Part shown: positions 62,851-64,000 of the stretch, in pieces
Layout: each line of letters opens with the position of its first letter
Numbering within the stretch: the first letter of the stretch is position 1
Virus record (IMG/VR): IMGVR_UViG_3300031853_000035
Location: 2,575-66,574 of that record
Direction: 5' to 3' (one strand)
DNA length: 64,000 bases
Source: a virus
Lineage: Duplodnaviria; Caudoviricetes
Position numbers and translations under genes: made by a program
The notes under the pieces: model-generated
Database searches by the model: none
Seen by the model: only the letters and a program-made list of their open reading frames with translations
What the model was told of the DNA's origin: nothing

Positions 62851-64000
62851 ATGGCAAAGAAATACTTAGACAGCGATGGTCTTTTGTACTTGTGGCAGAA
62901 GATTAAAAACTTATTTACGCTTAAAAGCGATTCAATTAAGAACATAACAAGGAGCGGTACCACGTTTACAGCAACAAGAGCTGATGGTACCACCTTTACA
63001 TTTACGCAGCAGGATAATACGGTTGCTAAGACAAGCACAACACCGAAGATGAATGGAACAGCTGCAATCGGAAGTGAAACCAAGTACGCGGCCGGTGATC
63101 ATGTTCACCCATCAGATACAACGAAAGTCGATAAGGTGGAAGGCAAGGGTCTTTCTACTAATGACTATACTACGACGGAGAAGAATAAACTTGCCGGTAT
63201 TGCTACCGGCGCTGAGGTAAATCAGAACGCGTTTAGCAATGTTAAAGTCGGAGACACGACGATATCTGCAGATACTAAAACAGATACATTAACACTTGTG
63301 GCAGGGAGCAACGTAACTTTTACGTCCGATACTACAAAAGATACGATTACGATCGCTGCTACAGATACGAAATATTCAGCCGCAACGGCCACGCCAACTA
63401 TGAATGGTAACGCTGCGGTTGGAACATCTTCGAAGTACGCAAGGGAAGACCATGTTCACCCATCAGATACAACGAAAGTCGATAAGGTTGAAGGTAAGGG
63501 GCTTTCTACTAATGACTATACGACCGCTGAGATGAATAAGCTTGCCGGAATTGCAGCCGGAGCTGAGGTAAATCAGAACGCTTTTGGCAACTTTAAGGTT
63601 GGAAGCACAACAGTAGCAGCCGATGCTAAAACAGATACGCTGGAGTTTGTGGCCGGAAGTAATGTAACGCTTACACCGGATGCTACGAACGATAAGATTA
63701 CGATCGCCGCCACTGATACGACATATTCCGAGGCAACGACTTCTGCTGCAGGTCTTATGTCTGCCGCGGATAAGACGAAGCTTAATGGGATTCAGTCATG
63801 GGCTGAAGCAAACCAGAATGCGTTTAGTATCGTTAAGATTGGAAGCACGAATGTTGTCGCAGATGATGAAAGTGATACGCTGGAGTTTGTGGCCGGAAGT
63901 AATGTAACGCTTACACCGGATGCTACGAACGATAAGATTACGATCGCCGCCACTGATACGACATATTCCGAGGCAACGACTTCTGCTGCAGGTCTTATGT
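62851..64000 (+). CDS. Repetitive tail fibre protein, truncated by the window end (absent from the ORF track)
   Basis: MAKKYLDSDGLLYLWQKIK...; repeated DHVHPSDTTKVDKVEGKGLSTNDYT and GAEVNQNAF...DTLxxVAGSNVT modules; open to 64000. Confidence 0.85.
   Translation, partial: MAKKYLDSDGLLYLWQKIKNLFTLKSDSIKNITRSGTTFTATRADGTTFTFTQQDNTVAKTSTTPKMNGTAAIGSETKYAAGDHVHPSDTTKVDKVEGKGLSTNDYTTTEKNKLAGIATGAEVNQNAFSNVKVGDTTISADTKTDTLTLVAGSNVTFTSDTTKDTITIAATDTKYSAATATPTMNGNAAVGTSSKYAREDHVHPSDTTKVDKVEGKGLSTNDYTTAEMNKLAGIAAGAEVNQNAFGNFKVGSTTVAADAKTDTLEFVAGSNVTLTPDATNDKITIAATDTTYSEATTSAAGLMSAADKTKLNGIQSWAEANQNAFSIVKIGSTNVVADDESDTLEFVAGSNVTLTPDATNDKITIAATDTTYSEATTSAAGLM
63634..64000 (+). repeat. Perfect direct repeat of at least 127 bp, period 240 bp
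   Basis: 63634..63760 is identical to 63874..64000. Confidence 0.92.

Overview
This looks like most of one circularly permuted temperate siphophage genome, probably infecting a Firmicutes/Clostridia-like host (inferred from strong AGAAAGGAGG ribosome-binding sites and amidase/GH73/SPOR lysins). Every gene I can support is on the + strand. Order: tail-end accessory genes (two BspA-type LRR proteins around a GT2 glycosyltransferase), endolysin, collagen-like fibre, second lysin, tyrosine integrase with an intact attP (3' part of a tRNA-Pro), a run of promoter-gene-terminator cassettes, nucleotide-metabolism and unknown early genes, a fused helicase-primase-PolB, an iteron origin, an SNF2 helicase, nucleases, a 1048-aa single-subunit two-barrel RNA polymerase candidate, a packaging region, head genes, tail genes and a truncated tail fibre. 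The main candidate new system is a self-contained transcription programme. It comprises the RNAP candidate (MSGADCDGD catalytic motif, three HTHs, an acidic leader ending in a His motif that also recurs in the capsid precursor), 16 copies of a non-canonical promoter-like motif TCGCA-N7-CA-N5-TATAAT with an invariant 14-nt spacer, and several structured non-coding RNAs fired from those motifs. All product calls come from motif recognition by eye; no database search or folding program was run.
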